64,000 nt of DNA from Nemertoderma westbladi (Eukaryota > Animalia > Xenacoelomorpha). The notes under the pieces are model-generated. The model was not told the DNA's origin and did not search any database. It saw only the letters and a program-made list of their open reading frames with translations. The DNA lies in NCBI GenBank assembly GCA_032718475.1, contig JAUCBJ010000788.1, forward strand, positions 124,001-188,000, written 5' to 3'. Positions 12,711 through 24,125 of this stretch are shown here, in pieces (positions within the stretch are counted from its first letter, which is position 1; each line of letters starts with the position of its first letter). A program made the translations under genes and the position numbers.

Positions 12711-15700
12711 TCACCCTACTGCGCATCGGTGAAATAGTCCATTCTTTCCAGTGTAGGCTATCCTATCTTGTTTAAATAACGCCTGCCAATGCTTACAGTC
12801 TATGGTTTTATGGGTCTCATCTCTATGCAATTGACATTTGTATTCGGGATTGTAGCATTCCTTATATAGCGCTTCACGTATTGCGCTTAGATTCATATCT
12901 AGCGGTTTAGTGTGTTTGGTTACTTTGACTCGACCTACTGGAGGTATTGGGTTTGTTTCTGTTCGTGTTGTTACTTTGTTTCTGTCCCTGCCACGGTGTG
13001 GCTCTACTCCCAGCTCCCTGTGGACTTGTAGTCCCCTGTGTAGCTGCATGCGGTAGCGACTGTCTCACTTTCGGAAATGCATCCACCAGATTATGTTCCG
13101 GTTTAGGTCGGCTGCATTCCGCTTTCAGTACCTTACCGAGACTTTCCTCACTATAGACTGGATCCGTTATTAACTCTGCCTCAGTTAAGGAAATTCGATA
13201 TCTCCTCCAACCCTGGCTCAGCAACTTTCTTTGCTTGTGTGGAGAAAGCAATCTTTCTCCATTTGTTTCTTAGGCAAATCGGTAGTGCCTGTGCTATCGT
13301 GGTGATGTTGTTCGATGCATTGAGTTCATAAGGTGCATCTAGTGTCTTTAACACTATTAGTGCTTTTTCTACTTTGTTAGCGAAAGTCTTGATGATAATG
13401 GGGTTATCTGCGAGTCCACCTGATGTAATTCCCCTTAAGGTTTGTCAGATAATCTTCGCAGGATGGCCAAATTCCCTGTCCAGGGCTCTCCACACAGTCA
13501 TTAATCCTCCTTCAATACCTTGGTATTTCCTCAAGATGTTGTAGGCTGGCCCCCCTGTATAGACTTGTAGGTATTTAAGGCACACCGCCTGTGTGAGATT
13601 TTGTTGTCAAAATCTCATTACTATCCATCCTCCGGAACTGTAGATATTCTTCCGGCTTGCTACCATCAAACTTGAAAGGCTCCAGCTCAATGGTGGCAGC
13701 TCAATTCTAGTTTTCAGTGCGTCGATGAGTGTTGCCATTCCCATCGCTTGAACTTCCAGCGCGCTCGACGGTAGGGATGCAGGCTCCTTCAACATTGGCT
13801 CTGCTTCGCCTCTCGGGTTCGTTGACTTTCCCTGAGTGGAATATATCATCCAGGGTAGCGGTCCCCTCCATATCTCTGTGTCACACGATCTATTTGGATA
13901 TGAGGGGGTCGGGGTTTTTAATTTTGGTTGTGTGTATTGTGGATACTGTAATGGGAGAATGTCACCCTGCCCCCCCCCCCCCCCCCACCGATGTTAAATT
14001 TGGTACTGGGGTAGATGTCTTTATATTGGGGCCCATACACCTATCTGCAATACCCCCCCCCCCCCCCCCTCCCCTAGGTATATATTGTATCCCTGCATAT
14101 TATAGTCATGCTGGTGTGCAGGTACCGGTATAGGCCTATCAGGTTCCTGCCCATTAACCGGTATGTATGCTGCGACCTCCGGGTCCAATCCCGGCATTTG
14201 CGCTACCCTATCGCCTACACTATCTCTCCCAGCAAGGCCTATAGTATGTGCAGTAAGACCTACAGTATGTCCTGCAGTCTGCCTGTGTCCCTCTGGATCG
14301 AAGTTTAATCTTCTCGAATTTTCTGAGAACTCCTCCCCATGACTACCATATCGGCGATCAGTAGCTGCGTTCCGAATGGAAGTTTCCCTCCGATACCCTC
14401 CTCTGTCTTCCTCCTTGTATCAGTACACTCTGTACCCCTCTCCCGGTGTGTGGTATATTTCGCCAGGTTGTGTTTCTCCAGGGTGACATCAATCTCCCGA
14501 AGTACGACCCCACCAGTTCTCTCTCTCTAGTTTGACTATAGACATATAGTTCACTGTCCGTCCTCTCTCGACGTCTCTGGTTGCCCGTATAGCAACAATT
14601 CCTCATTCCTCCTCACTTCTTCTGGTTTCAGTATTATGTCCTCCTTCATGAGATCTCGTATCAACCTCCCTGATGAACTCTACTGTCCTTCTTCCGTCTT
14701 CCGAGTAGGCTCGACGTTTTCTCGTTTGGCAGCTTATGGCAGCAACGTCCCTCCGTCTGCCTGGTTGTACGGCCTAGCGGATATTCGCTGCCCTCCTATT
14801 ATCATCCGTCATCGGGTGCCACGGTTCACTAACTCACTACACGCATTATCTGCCGACGCTCGTGGGGCTTCTGCTGCCCCCCCCCCCCCCCTTTCCTCCA
14901 TTGTCGAGAGCCCCGGTTCACTTAAATCACTGTGCGCATTTCCCGCCGACATCTTTGGAGCATGTTCTGCCCCCCCCCCCCCCCCCCCTCTTGTCATTAA
15001 TTGGTTGTGGTAGGGTACCCGTAGCCCCCCCCCCCATTATTCCTCGCTTCGCCCCTGTGCCCATGTTCTCCTCCAGTCGACACGTTAGTTCTATTTTCCC
15101 TGGGTTCATTCACCCGCATTCCTCCCTGCGCAACCGCGTGGCCTTGTAGGCCCCCACTAGGCGAATTACCTGCTTCCCCAATGTTTGTATTAATTATACC
15201 GCCACTAGCCTCACCCTGTTGAGTTGTTATATTATTACTTGCATTATTTTAATTAATTTCACCGGAATTATTTACAATATTGTTATTTGCTGTACCACCA
15301 GTCGCATTATTATTTAAATTATTTTCGTTATCTGGCTCACCAATATTTACATTATTATTAATCAAAATATTATGTCCTGCAAGAAATGTTTCGTTAGTAT
15401 TAGGGTTATCTACTACGATACTATTAATATTAACGTTCTAATTGAACGTGTTGTCATTACCCCCCATCACCCCTGGTTCCTCATAAATACTTCCCAAACC
15501 AGCCTCACTCTCTGATAAACCCATCTTTGCCAGTTCTAATTGGAGTTTCTGCTTTACCTGATACTGCATTAACCCCCTCAACCGGGTATGCATTTCATCC
15601 CTCATACGTTTACCCGCCCTCTCTCTCTCTCTCTATCCTCTCTAATACTCTGATCAGCTAACTCTGCCTCCCTCGCAATCCTCTCAGCTTTCCTTACCTC

Positions 15701-16063
15701 TCGCTCTTTGCGCTCGTTCACATCTCTCTCAATCCTCTCGGCCTTCATCTCATCCAGCTCTTTGTGCTCATTCGTTTCTCTCATCTCCCGCTCTTTGCGC
15801 TCGTTCGTTTCTCTCGCCTCCCGCTCTTTGCGCTCACTCATTTCTTTCTCAGTCCACTCTGCCTCCCTTGCCTCCCGCTGATCCTCCTTGACCTTCCCTC
15901 CTCGTCCGGAGCTGTACCGTCGGCCCCACCATTGCCATTCCGGTGGGCCGTTCGCCGCCCTTGGCCACTGGTTAGCCGGTGACTTCGGTACCTCGTTCGC
16001 CGCTCTGAACTCGTGTCGACTCACTCCCCTCTCCTCCTCGTACTCGACCGCTCTCCTCCTCAA
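12711..16063 (-). pseudogene. Element C gag remnant (coiled-coil N-terminus, DUF1759-like region, zinc knuckle)
   Basis: E/R/K-rich repeats at 15602-16063, DUF1759-like segment at about 13250-13720 broken by frameshifts and stops, and a knuckle in 12711-13049. Confidence 0.65.
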
Positions 16064-16717
16064 CGACCGGAGCGTCCCTTGTTGGCGAATCCGGTGTGGC
16101 GGGCCAGTACCGCCTCATCGCTGCTTCCCGATTCGTCTAGTCTCTGTCACTCGGGGTTCGTGGCAGGCTCGCTTCTCCCTCTGGACCTTGGGGCTGTTGT
16201 TCACTCATTGTTGGCGCTGGATGTGGTCACAGTTTATTTAAATGGGTGTTGACTCTGTCCAGTTCTTAACTGTGACGGGATCTAGGAGTAGATTTCTAAA
16301 CCCTGACCAGTGTGTTGTTTGGTACTATATGCGTCGCCGCGTCCGTAGGCTGCTGAAAGGCTGTAGTCTGAATATTGAGGCCAAGGGCCGTAGGAATAAC
16401 TGAGTTTTTAGTTTCAGTTGTTATAATGTCAGAACATAATAATCGTATTGTTATCGCCGTCAGTTGAACTCAAATTTTCCTCGGACATTGCGGTAAGATC
16501 GAACCAAAGTAACACTATTATTGTAACAAGATTTAACTGTTCATTTTCTTGTATCTTATATAAATACTGTATTTATTTGATATCGTGTTTAATAGTTGAC
16601 AGTATTGATTAGTTGCACAATTTATAGTTACAATATTTGTATAGGGATTTAAATTCGTAGCCTAAAATCAAATTTTCTCAAAATCAAATTATTGCATCAA
16701 CAAAATATAAATACTGT

Positions 16718-18558
16718 ATGGAGCAATTAAAGTCACACCGTGCAGGGAAACGGGGATATTTAACTCGATTAATTTCACAAACTAATACACTATTGTTAGT
16801 GACTGAGAAGGATCCTATAGAACTAGAGGTGTTGCGTGATAACATTTTTGATGTTTTAAATTGGTTAAAGGAAAAGGATGAGGATGATATCAAAGTTATA
16901 TTTCACCAGATACTATTGAAAAGGATGTTATAGAATGTGAAAGCCGTCAATATGAGGGAAGTCACGAAATTAAAAGGATAGAAAAATTTCTTGAGTCCAT
17001 TAAATCTACAACGGCAGTAAATATATCATCACAATCTCTTGATAGTCACTATAACCCATTAGATTCATCACAATTCCGGGCACACACAGCACTATCAACC
17101 GGTACATTACCAAAATTCTCAGGTGATCTATTGCAATGGATAGAATTTCGTGATACATTTCAGAGTTCCGTTCACAATAATCCCAAAATTTCCAGCGTTG
17201 ATAAATTTGTAATTTTGTTAAGACAACTTCATGGCGCAGCCAAGGAGTCTATTGCTGGGATTCCTTTGAACGCAGCAAATTATTCGCACGTATGGGACAT
17301 TTTAGAATCACGTTTTGGTAATGCAGAAGCAATTTCTTACAAACTCATGGAAATATTTTTAACATATCAGCCAGTCTCCACAATGAACATGAAAGAAGTA
17401 CAATTACTGCATGACAAATATAAGTCCACCATTAGACAATTGGAATCACTTAATGTGCACCCAACTAGCTATGAAGTCTTGCTCAAACCTGTTGTAATGA
17501 GTAAACTTCCAATAGAATTCAGGTTGATAATGCGAAAGAAACCAAACTTCAATACAATCGGCATTGAGCGGCTTCTAGAGTACATGCAGACAGAATTACA
17601 AACTAGGACACTGTGTGAGTTGGAATTGAAGACTCTTGCTCAACACAAACTGGCAAGCAACACTACTTACGATAATTTCAAGCAACGGAAATCCACATCT
17701 GTTTCTTCTATGGTTCCTACAACTGCTGCACTTGTTGCTATAAAACCCAAAATAAGTTGCATATTTTGCAATGGCAATCATTATTCTTCATCATGTAATT
17801 CAATAAGAGATGTCAAATCAAGGCGAGAAAAACTCACTAGTGAAAAATGTTGTTTCATTTGTTTATCCAAAAACCATTTCAAACCAAATTGTCTCAAGGC
17901 AGATAAACAGTGTTTCAGTTGCAAACGCCTGGGGCATCATTCAAGCATTTGTTACACGGCAAACAATGGCAAGTCAGTCAGTAATGCTGCCATTGTCCAT
18001 AGCAATTCGAGTTCGACAACTGGAATGTCGGACACAGCAATTCAGTTGAATCACAATTCGGCATCATTAAGTGCTCAACCACAATCACAAGTCTCACAAA
18101 TAAATTCAAGGGCAAGTGCCCACCCTAGTCAAGGTGTTGTCAATATGGTAGTTTGTGAGTCAACACAAACGTCGATAACTCGACAATCACATATGCTCAA
18201 TGAACAAGAGCACGCCACTCAAACAACTGTTTCAATTTCATTGGAAACAGCAACACTTAAATGTTACAATCCCAAGAATAAAAGGGAGCTTCATGTTCGT
18301 GTTCTATTTTATAAAGGGTCACATCAAAGTTATATTACAGATAAAGTCTGCAACGAACTTGATCTTGAAGTAGTTGGAAAGGGTTTCATTCATGTTAGTT
18401 CATTTTTGTCAAGGATGCCGAAAAGAATTGAATGCAATTTAGTTAAGTTCAATTTAATAAAAGGGACAGCAAATATTGTGGTAGAGGCTACAGCTGTTCC
18501 ATTTATTTGCCTTCAATTTGGTCCACAGGAGTGCCAAATACAACAATACAGTCATCTT
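16718..18558 (+). pseudogene. Element A gag and start of protease (frameshifted; cut by the element B insertion)
   Basis: LPKFSGDLLQWIEFRDTF (DUF1759-like), three CCHC knuckles, degenerate protease motif VLFYKGSHQSYI. The frame resumes as RNLNLADDF..IGADLY after 32827. Confidence 0.9.
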
Positions 18559-20069
18559 TGTTGCCGTTATCCCGACACCAGGGGGGAAAAACGCCGATGC
18601 TGGAGGCGGGGCTTTACAGACCACGGAGTCCCGGCCAGTCACCGGATATTGATTGTGGAGAAGGAGGAATTTCTTAGATGCAGGATTGCGGTTAAGGAAA
18701 AGTTGCATTGGTTGGATATACTCTTTAATGTAACTTCCTATAGTTGAACCCTGTTCAACATCATTGAACCCTGATTGAGAATTAATTGGGCTTCCCCAAA
18801 TCAATATACACCAAATATTCACAATAATTATACACGACAATATAAATCCCTACAGTATATTATTTAATTACCCACTGTTCGCTCAGATTTTAGCCTAACT
18901 AATGTTCCCCAGATTTTCCCTCGGTCCTAGTCTTGATGCCGTAGTGTCGGTGTCGGTCGACCCTGTCGCGTGTCCGTTCCACCCCTCCCGAACCCCGAAG
19001 GGATCGATCATCGAGAACCAGCACGGCTTGGCTAAGGGTCGGTCCAGTCGGTAGACTCTGTCGCGTATCCGTACCACCCCTCTCGAACCCCGAAGGGATC
19101 GGTCATCGAGAACCAGTACGGCTTGGCTAAGAGTCTGTCGTGTCGGTGGACCCATTCGCGTGTCCGTCCCACCCCTCCCGAACCCCGAAGGGTTCGATCA
19201 TCGAGAACCAGTACGGCTTGGCTAGGGGTCCGTCGGTTCATCGCAGAGACCCAACCACCTAGGCTTTCTGAGTCCTTATTCAGGCTCGTAGTCGCTTCGG
19301 CAGCCGAGAAACTGCTCCGAACAGTCGGTAGGCCAGTAGAGTCCAGTCCTTTGTCTTTCGACCCCGTCGCGTGTCCATCCCACCCCTCACGAACCCCGAA
19401 GGGAACGATCATCGAGAACCAGTACGGCTTGGCTAAGGGGTCTGTCGTCGGTTCCCGTCGCAAATCCCTAGTACAAGCAGCCGGCGTTCCGATGTCCTTT
19501 TCAGGCTCGTAATAACTGCTGTTGACCAGAGACCGCTAAGTGCAGTCCTCGTCAAACCCTTCCTCTGTAAGTCGGCCGCCCTTTCGCGTGTCCGTCCCAC
19601 CCCTCGCGAACCCCGAAGGGATCGGTCATCGAGAACCAGTACGGCTTGGCTAAGGGGGCTGTCATTTCCCGTCGCAAATCCCTGACACAAGCAGCTGGCG
19701 TTCCGATGTCCTTTTCAGGCTCGTAATAACTGCTGTTGGCCAGGGACCGCTAAGGGCAGTCCTTGTCCTTTAGGCCTGGCGCGTTACCAAATCTACCTCT
19801 ACAGGCAGCAGGAAGTTGGCCAGGGCCTAATAGTACTCAGGCTAACCTGAATACTGCTAAATTTTGTCTCCCACCCCTGGCCCTTATAAACATGAAATTA
19901 TTCCCGTACCCTGTAAGTCGCCCCAATATTCGCCCATAAATCGCCCCCAGTTCATAGAGTGTGCCCAAAACCCATGGTCCCGCACCCAGTAGTGATATCG
20001 GAATAATCATTTTAAATAAATACAAAAAATATTCAACTCGCGTTATGAAAAGTTGAAATACCGGAAACA
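18559..20069 (-). repeat. Element B 3' LTR (1511 bp) with 5 internal structured repeats
   Basis: Direct repeat of 31137-32822; adjacent to the G-rich PPT on the minus strand. Confidence 0.97.
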
Positions 20070-20398
20070 GTCCCCCCCAATGACCTTCGTGAGGTCTATC
20101 GGTAGATTGAGTTTGCGTAGGTCATTCCCAATATAAAAAACCCAAATTTAATATTGCATAGTCTTGATTAATTTGGCCTAGAGTTTATATATATATATGT
20201 ATAAAAATAAATGTTCAATAAATGTTCCTGGAATATCCCGATCCACTATTTCTTTCTCTGATACGCCTTTCGCCTCTTCGCCCATCGGCTCTCGTCGATT
20301 GCTATAGCTGGTAGAGGAGCGTCAACATCCATCGTGAGCAACGCTTCGGCTTGTCTCCTGCCGGCTCTTCCTTTCGATGGCATCGGGATCATATCGGT

Positions 20399-21178
20399 TC
20401 ATCGTTCCAACTCGGAGTTGCGAGCCTCAAGGAACCACTCTCCGTCACTGAACTCCTCTTTATACAAGTATAAGCGTCTAAGGACTTTGAATGGGCCGAA
20501 TAATCCGGCGCTCAGCAACAGATCCACGTAATGGAAAGGCAGCGTGGCCGTCGTGTGGAGGCGTTCCGGGAATGAGAAATACCCGCACACCATCTCCTGC
20601 GCGATATTCCGAGCGTTTCTCCGAACCTTGGTCTTTATGTGGCTGTTTGCGTATGTTTCAAACATGACCATATTTCCCATAGCGGTAACGTCTTTGGTAG
20701 GACATTTGATATAGCAGCGGGGGCTAGCGGAATGTCCACGGAAACCGCACGTGGTGCAGAGGTTATATAGGATCGGACAGACGGAAACGTCGTGGCCCGA
20801 TGTCGCGCAGTATGGGCAATAAAGTATCCCGAGGAGCTGGAGGCATGAATCGGTAACCCGATTCCTTCTACCGCATGGGCACTGCTCCGAACCGCAGTTA
20901 CCGCACACCTCCAACTGCATCTCTCGACCGGGGAATATCGGAATCGGGACGCCGACGTAATACTCGAGTCGTCGGTCGCTCTTCTGAATATTCGCGGTGG
21001 TCGGTAGCCCGCGGAAGGCTGGGCTTTGGCGTAGTAGTTCTTCGCTCCGATAACCTTCTTTGTGTCCCGTCGGTCTCAACTCGGACGACCGTTTCTGGCG
21101 GTGGATCCATTCGGTTTGCTCGGCGTACCAACGGGTTAGTCGCATAGGATCCTGAGGAACGGAGGGTGTAGTAGCCAC
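20399..21178 (-). pseudogene. Element B accessory ORF, C-terminal zinc-knuckle domain
   Basis: CGNCGSEQCPC, CPYCATSGHDVSVC, CTTCGFRGHSASPRC, then FETYANSHIKTKVRR..CGYF; homologous to 10678-11301. Confidence 0.75.
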
Positions 21179-21263
21179 CGCTGGTCGGTGAAGAGGTGCC
21201 GGGGTTTTCGACCGAGGGATACCGAGGAGATCGTCGGGAGTCGGCGCAGCGCTGGGACCCTTT

Positions 21264-22842
21264 TCAACCAGTATCGCTGAGCAGGGCCGTTGGTTGCTGG
21301 TACTTGGAATCTCCGAAGACCAGTCTTCGCCACCCAGGGAAAAGATATGGTGATAACCTTTGGCATATATCGCCGAAGTCGCTCAACGCGGAGGTGGTGA
21401 TTAACTCCCTCGCAGGGCTACCGGAGCCGAGTGGGGATAATACGCCTGCTTCCGTCATAGGTTCGGCCGAAGCAATCCGTTTGGCGGCCGGTTGGTAAGC
21501 GGCCTCCGGCTCGAGTTGTCGCTTCGGGGTGGAGAGTAGAACACCCTCATGTAGCCATAGTTCTTCCCCTTCCGAAGAAATCAGAGGCTCCTCCGCACCG
21601 AGAAGATCGGTAATCGTAGGGATGTCATAAGGTCCGCTCTCGTCCCAGGAATCGATAACGGCGAGCGTTTTCGTCTCTCCCGGTGTAATGTTCTCGACCG
21701 CTTTGAATGCGTGGTTTATAACCTCGTTCCAGTCGTAGTCGACGAAGGAAAGGGGAACCGCCGTAATGAGGTTATCAAGAGTTTTACAGATAAACTTAGC
21801 GACGGTGTAGCACTCCATAGCGACGTAGATGTAGTTCCGTCGATCGGGATTCTCCCACCTTTGGTGTATCGTCCACTTCCGGTCAACGTCCTTCCATCGA
21901 CCCTCTTGCTCGCTCTTTATTTCTAATCCCGGGTATCATATATTTTATTATAATCCCGGAATTTCTGGGGTTTGAAGTCGATGCCGCCGTTTAGCACGGC
22001 GAGGTAGCCGATCCCGGATTTCGTCAGTCTCACCTCTCGGAATCCTCGCATGAACTTGGCGAATCGTAACCAGGCTAATAGCGTTTGAGTGTCGACGCAA
22101 TGGCTAAGGGCGTTGAGGTCGTCTCGTCAGTTTCTTCCTGAAGGAGCGTTCGCGTAGTCGTTCCGGACGTCCACCTTTATATCCAACCCGATTTTAATGA
22201 CGTCGAAGTCGAAGAGGATCTTTTGGATTTCTGGAGGTAGCAACCAGATCGCTCCGGCTGCCTGCACTTCCTGTCTGGGTGTCGGAAATATTCGATACAC
22301 CAATACCAAACCGTCCAGGGTTCCGAGGACGACGACCAAGGATCGACCGTATTCTTTCGCCCCGTATTTTTCTTGGTAGTCGTCGCGATTCTGGATGATC
22401 GATATACGTTCCTCTCGAAGCGTCGCCGTACACTCCGACAGGTTTCCCCAGTGGGCGAGGTACGTACTCTTGTCGTCGACGAAACTTTGACATCTCGCCA
22501 ACGTAATCGCTTTCGAGGTGGGCGTCGCGTTTCCCTCGTTGTCGTAGATCAAACATCGGATCTGTAGACACTTTGCCGGAACGTTTCCCAGTACGACAAC
22601 TCGTCCCCTCCGGTAGCCTTTGCGTTCCGAGTTCTTTTCAGTCTCGTACTAGCATTGGCCAACTGGAGGGCTCGTAGATTCCGGGAATCCGGTCCCTCTC
22701 GCCCGGTGAATTTAACGACTCGCACGTTCTCATTTATCAGGGCGTTCCAATTCGTATCAAAGTTAGGGGATCCAGGTTGCGGATATTCCAGTAGATCTAT
22801 CGTATTACGTAATTCGCCGATAATTTGGCGATTTGGGTCCAT
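21264..22842 (-). pseudogene. Element B accessory ORF, DEDDy-like 3'-5' exonuclease domain (broken by a stop and frameshifts)
   Basis: Reconstructed across frames: ExoI CLIYDNEG, ExoII LPPEIQKILFDFDVIKIGLDIKVD, then CVDTQTL..SGIGYLA..GIDFK, and ExoIII-like W...YIYVAMECY. Confidence 0.7.
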
Positions 22843-23394
22843 ATTTACAATTATGTCCGTTGCAAATTATATCAGTTAATTATAAATCCAGAAAGTCTGA
22901 AACTATAGTGATTGCAGAATAATTCAGTTTATTTTTAGTTCAGTTTATTAAATAACATTGCTATATAGGCATCTATCATCTTATTGCTAATACATTCAGC
23001 ATTTACAGTTACTATAGCTATACATTAATATCCAACCAGTTTTTATGACTTTTTATGTCCTTTCTTTTTTCCAATTCTTTTCTTTAGACCTTTTTATACC
23101 TTTTTTTTGTCTTTTTTCATTTCTCATTATTATTTCATCTCATTTCATTTATTTCAACATATTTCAACACATTTAGTTCCACCATTTATTTCACATTTAT
23201 TTCCACATTTCATTGGGGTTATAGCCCCCCGGCTATCATCATTTGTTATAAGCGCAGCACCAGGGTACGCATCATTACATTTTCATCATCATACGTGTCA
23301 TCATTCAGGTTTATAGTAGAGTTGTCTGATTCTTTTCATCATTTCCAACTATATTCAATCATCTTCTTTGGGAAATCTTTGTCGTGGAAGGGGT

Positions 23395-23805
23395 GTTACG
23401 CGGCAATCTGGGATCTACAGCTGGGCTAGTTACACCGCCTATGCCCCAAACTGCGCACGTAACGGACAATGAAGACGCTGGAAGTGAAGTCACGTGGATG
23501 CACCAGGGACCCACCAGAATAACACTCCCAACAACATAAAGCTCAGTCGACGAAGTCATGTGGGATGGGGTTACGCAACATTCTGGGATCTACAGCTGGA
23601 CTAGTTACACCGCCTACGCCCCAAAATCCACGCAACGGTCCCACCAGAATAATGCGACTGAGAAACATAAAACCCTCTATCGTCGAAGTCACGTGGATGC
23701 ACCATGGACCCACCAGAATAACGGGATAGAGGGGGTGTTGCGCGGCAATCCGGGATCTACAGCTGGACTAGTTACACCGCCTACGCCCCGAACTGCGCAC
23801 GCAAC
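23395..23805 (-). ncRNA. Three copies of an approximately 68-nt structured RNA motif between pol and the accessory ORF
   Basis: Copies at 23395-23463, 23570-23636 and 23737-23805 show compensatory changes in nested stems, with G:U pairs that form on the minus (sense) strand. Confidence 0.6.
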
Positions 23806-24125
23806 GGACAACATAACATACTGCGATGAATACAATGAATTCCACTTCAAATCTTTTCCATTTCCAATAATCCAATAGCGTTGGTCCCGATGACCAAAAT
23901 CAGGGTAAACTATACATAAACGACCCTGCGTCAGTCGAAACATCTGCAGGGTGACGCTGGACTCCACATAACACACGAGGAAACACAAATACCATTGCGT
24001 GGTTACAGTTGGTTTAAGGGGGGTCCATTTTCATTGTCGATAAATCACAGTTTAAAAGAGTTTGTCAACATGATGAGAAGGGTTTACACGGGTTTATAAT
24101 TGTCACCAATGTCTGCAGCAGGATC

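Larger units (their letters stand above)
10300..16310 (-). mobile_element. Element C: degenerate, internally deleted (pol-less) BEL/Pao-type retrotransposon
   Basis: Gag remnants (FDGSKPEEYLQF; LKYLQVYTGGPAYNIL..VWRALDREFGHP; CQLH..H..C knuckle) align by eye with the element B gag and run directly into an exonuclease/Zn-knuckle ORF. PBS-like TGGTCAGGG at 16309-16301. No LTRs recognised; left boundary approximate. Confidence 0.75.

Noticed and set aside
18960-19660. Hammerhead ribozymes in the LTR repeats
   Set aside because: The core reads CGAUGA...NGAG rather than CUGANGA...GAAA, so catalytic residues are missing; a K-turn fits better.
18454-19690. ORFs inside the LTRs, and antisense ORFs over gag/pol
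   Set aside because: Shadow frames of repeats and GC-rich coding sequence; they are not conserved intact between the two LTRs or have no recognisable domains.
21264-22129. Selenocysteine readthrough of the TGA stops in the accessory ORF using LTR K-turns as SECIS
   Set aside because: The LTR motif lacks the apical AAR and the 11-12 bp helix II. The stops are not at Cys-like conserved sites, and frameshifts also break the ORF.
23395-23805. Assignment to twister, pistol, HDV or SRP-Alu folds
   Set aside because: Only partial motif resemblance (GCGGUG loop, CUGUAG); the required helices or conserved residues are absent.
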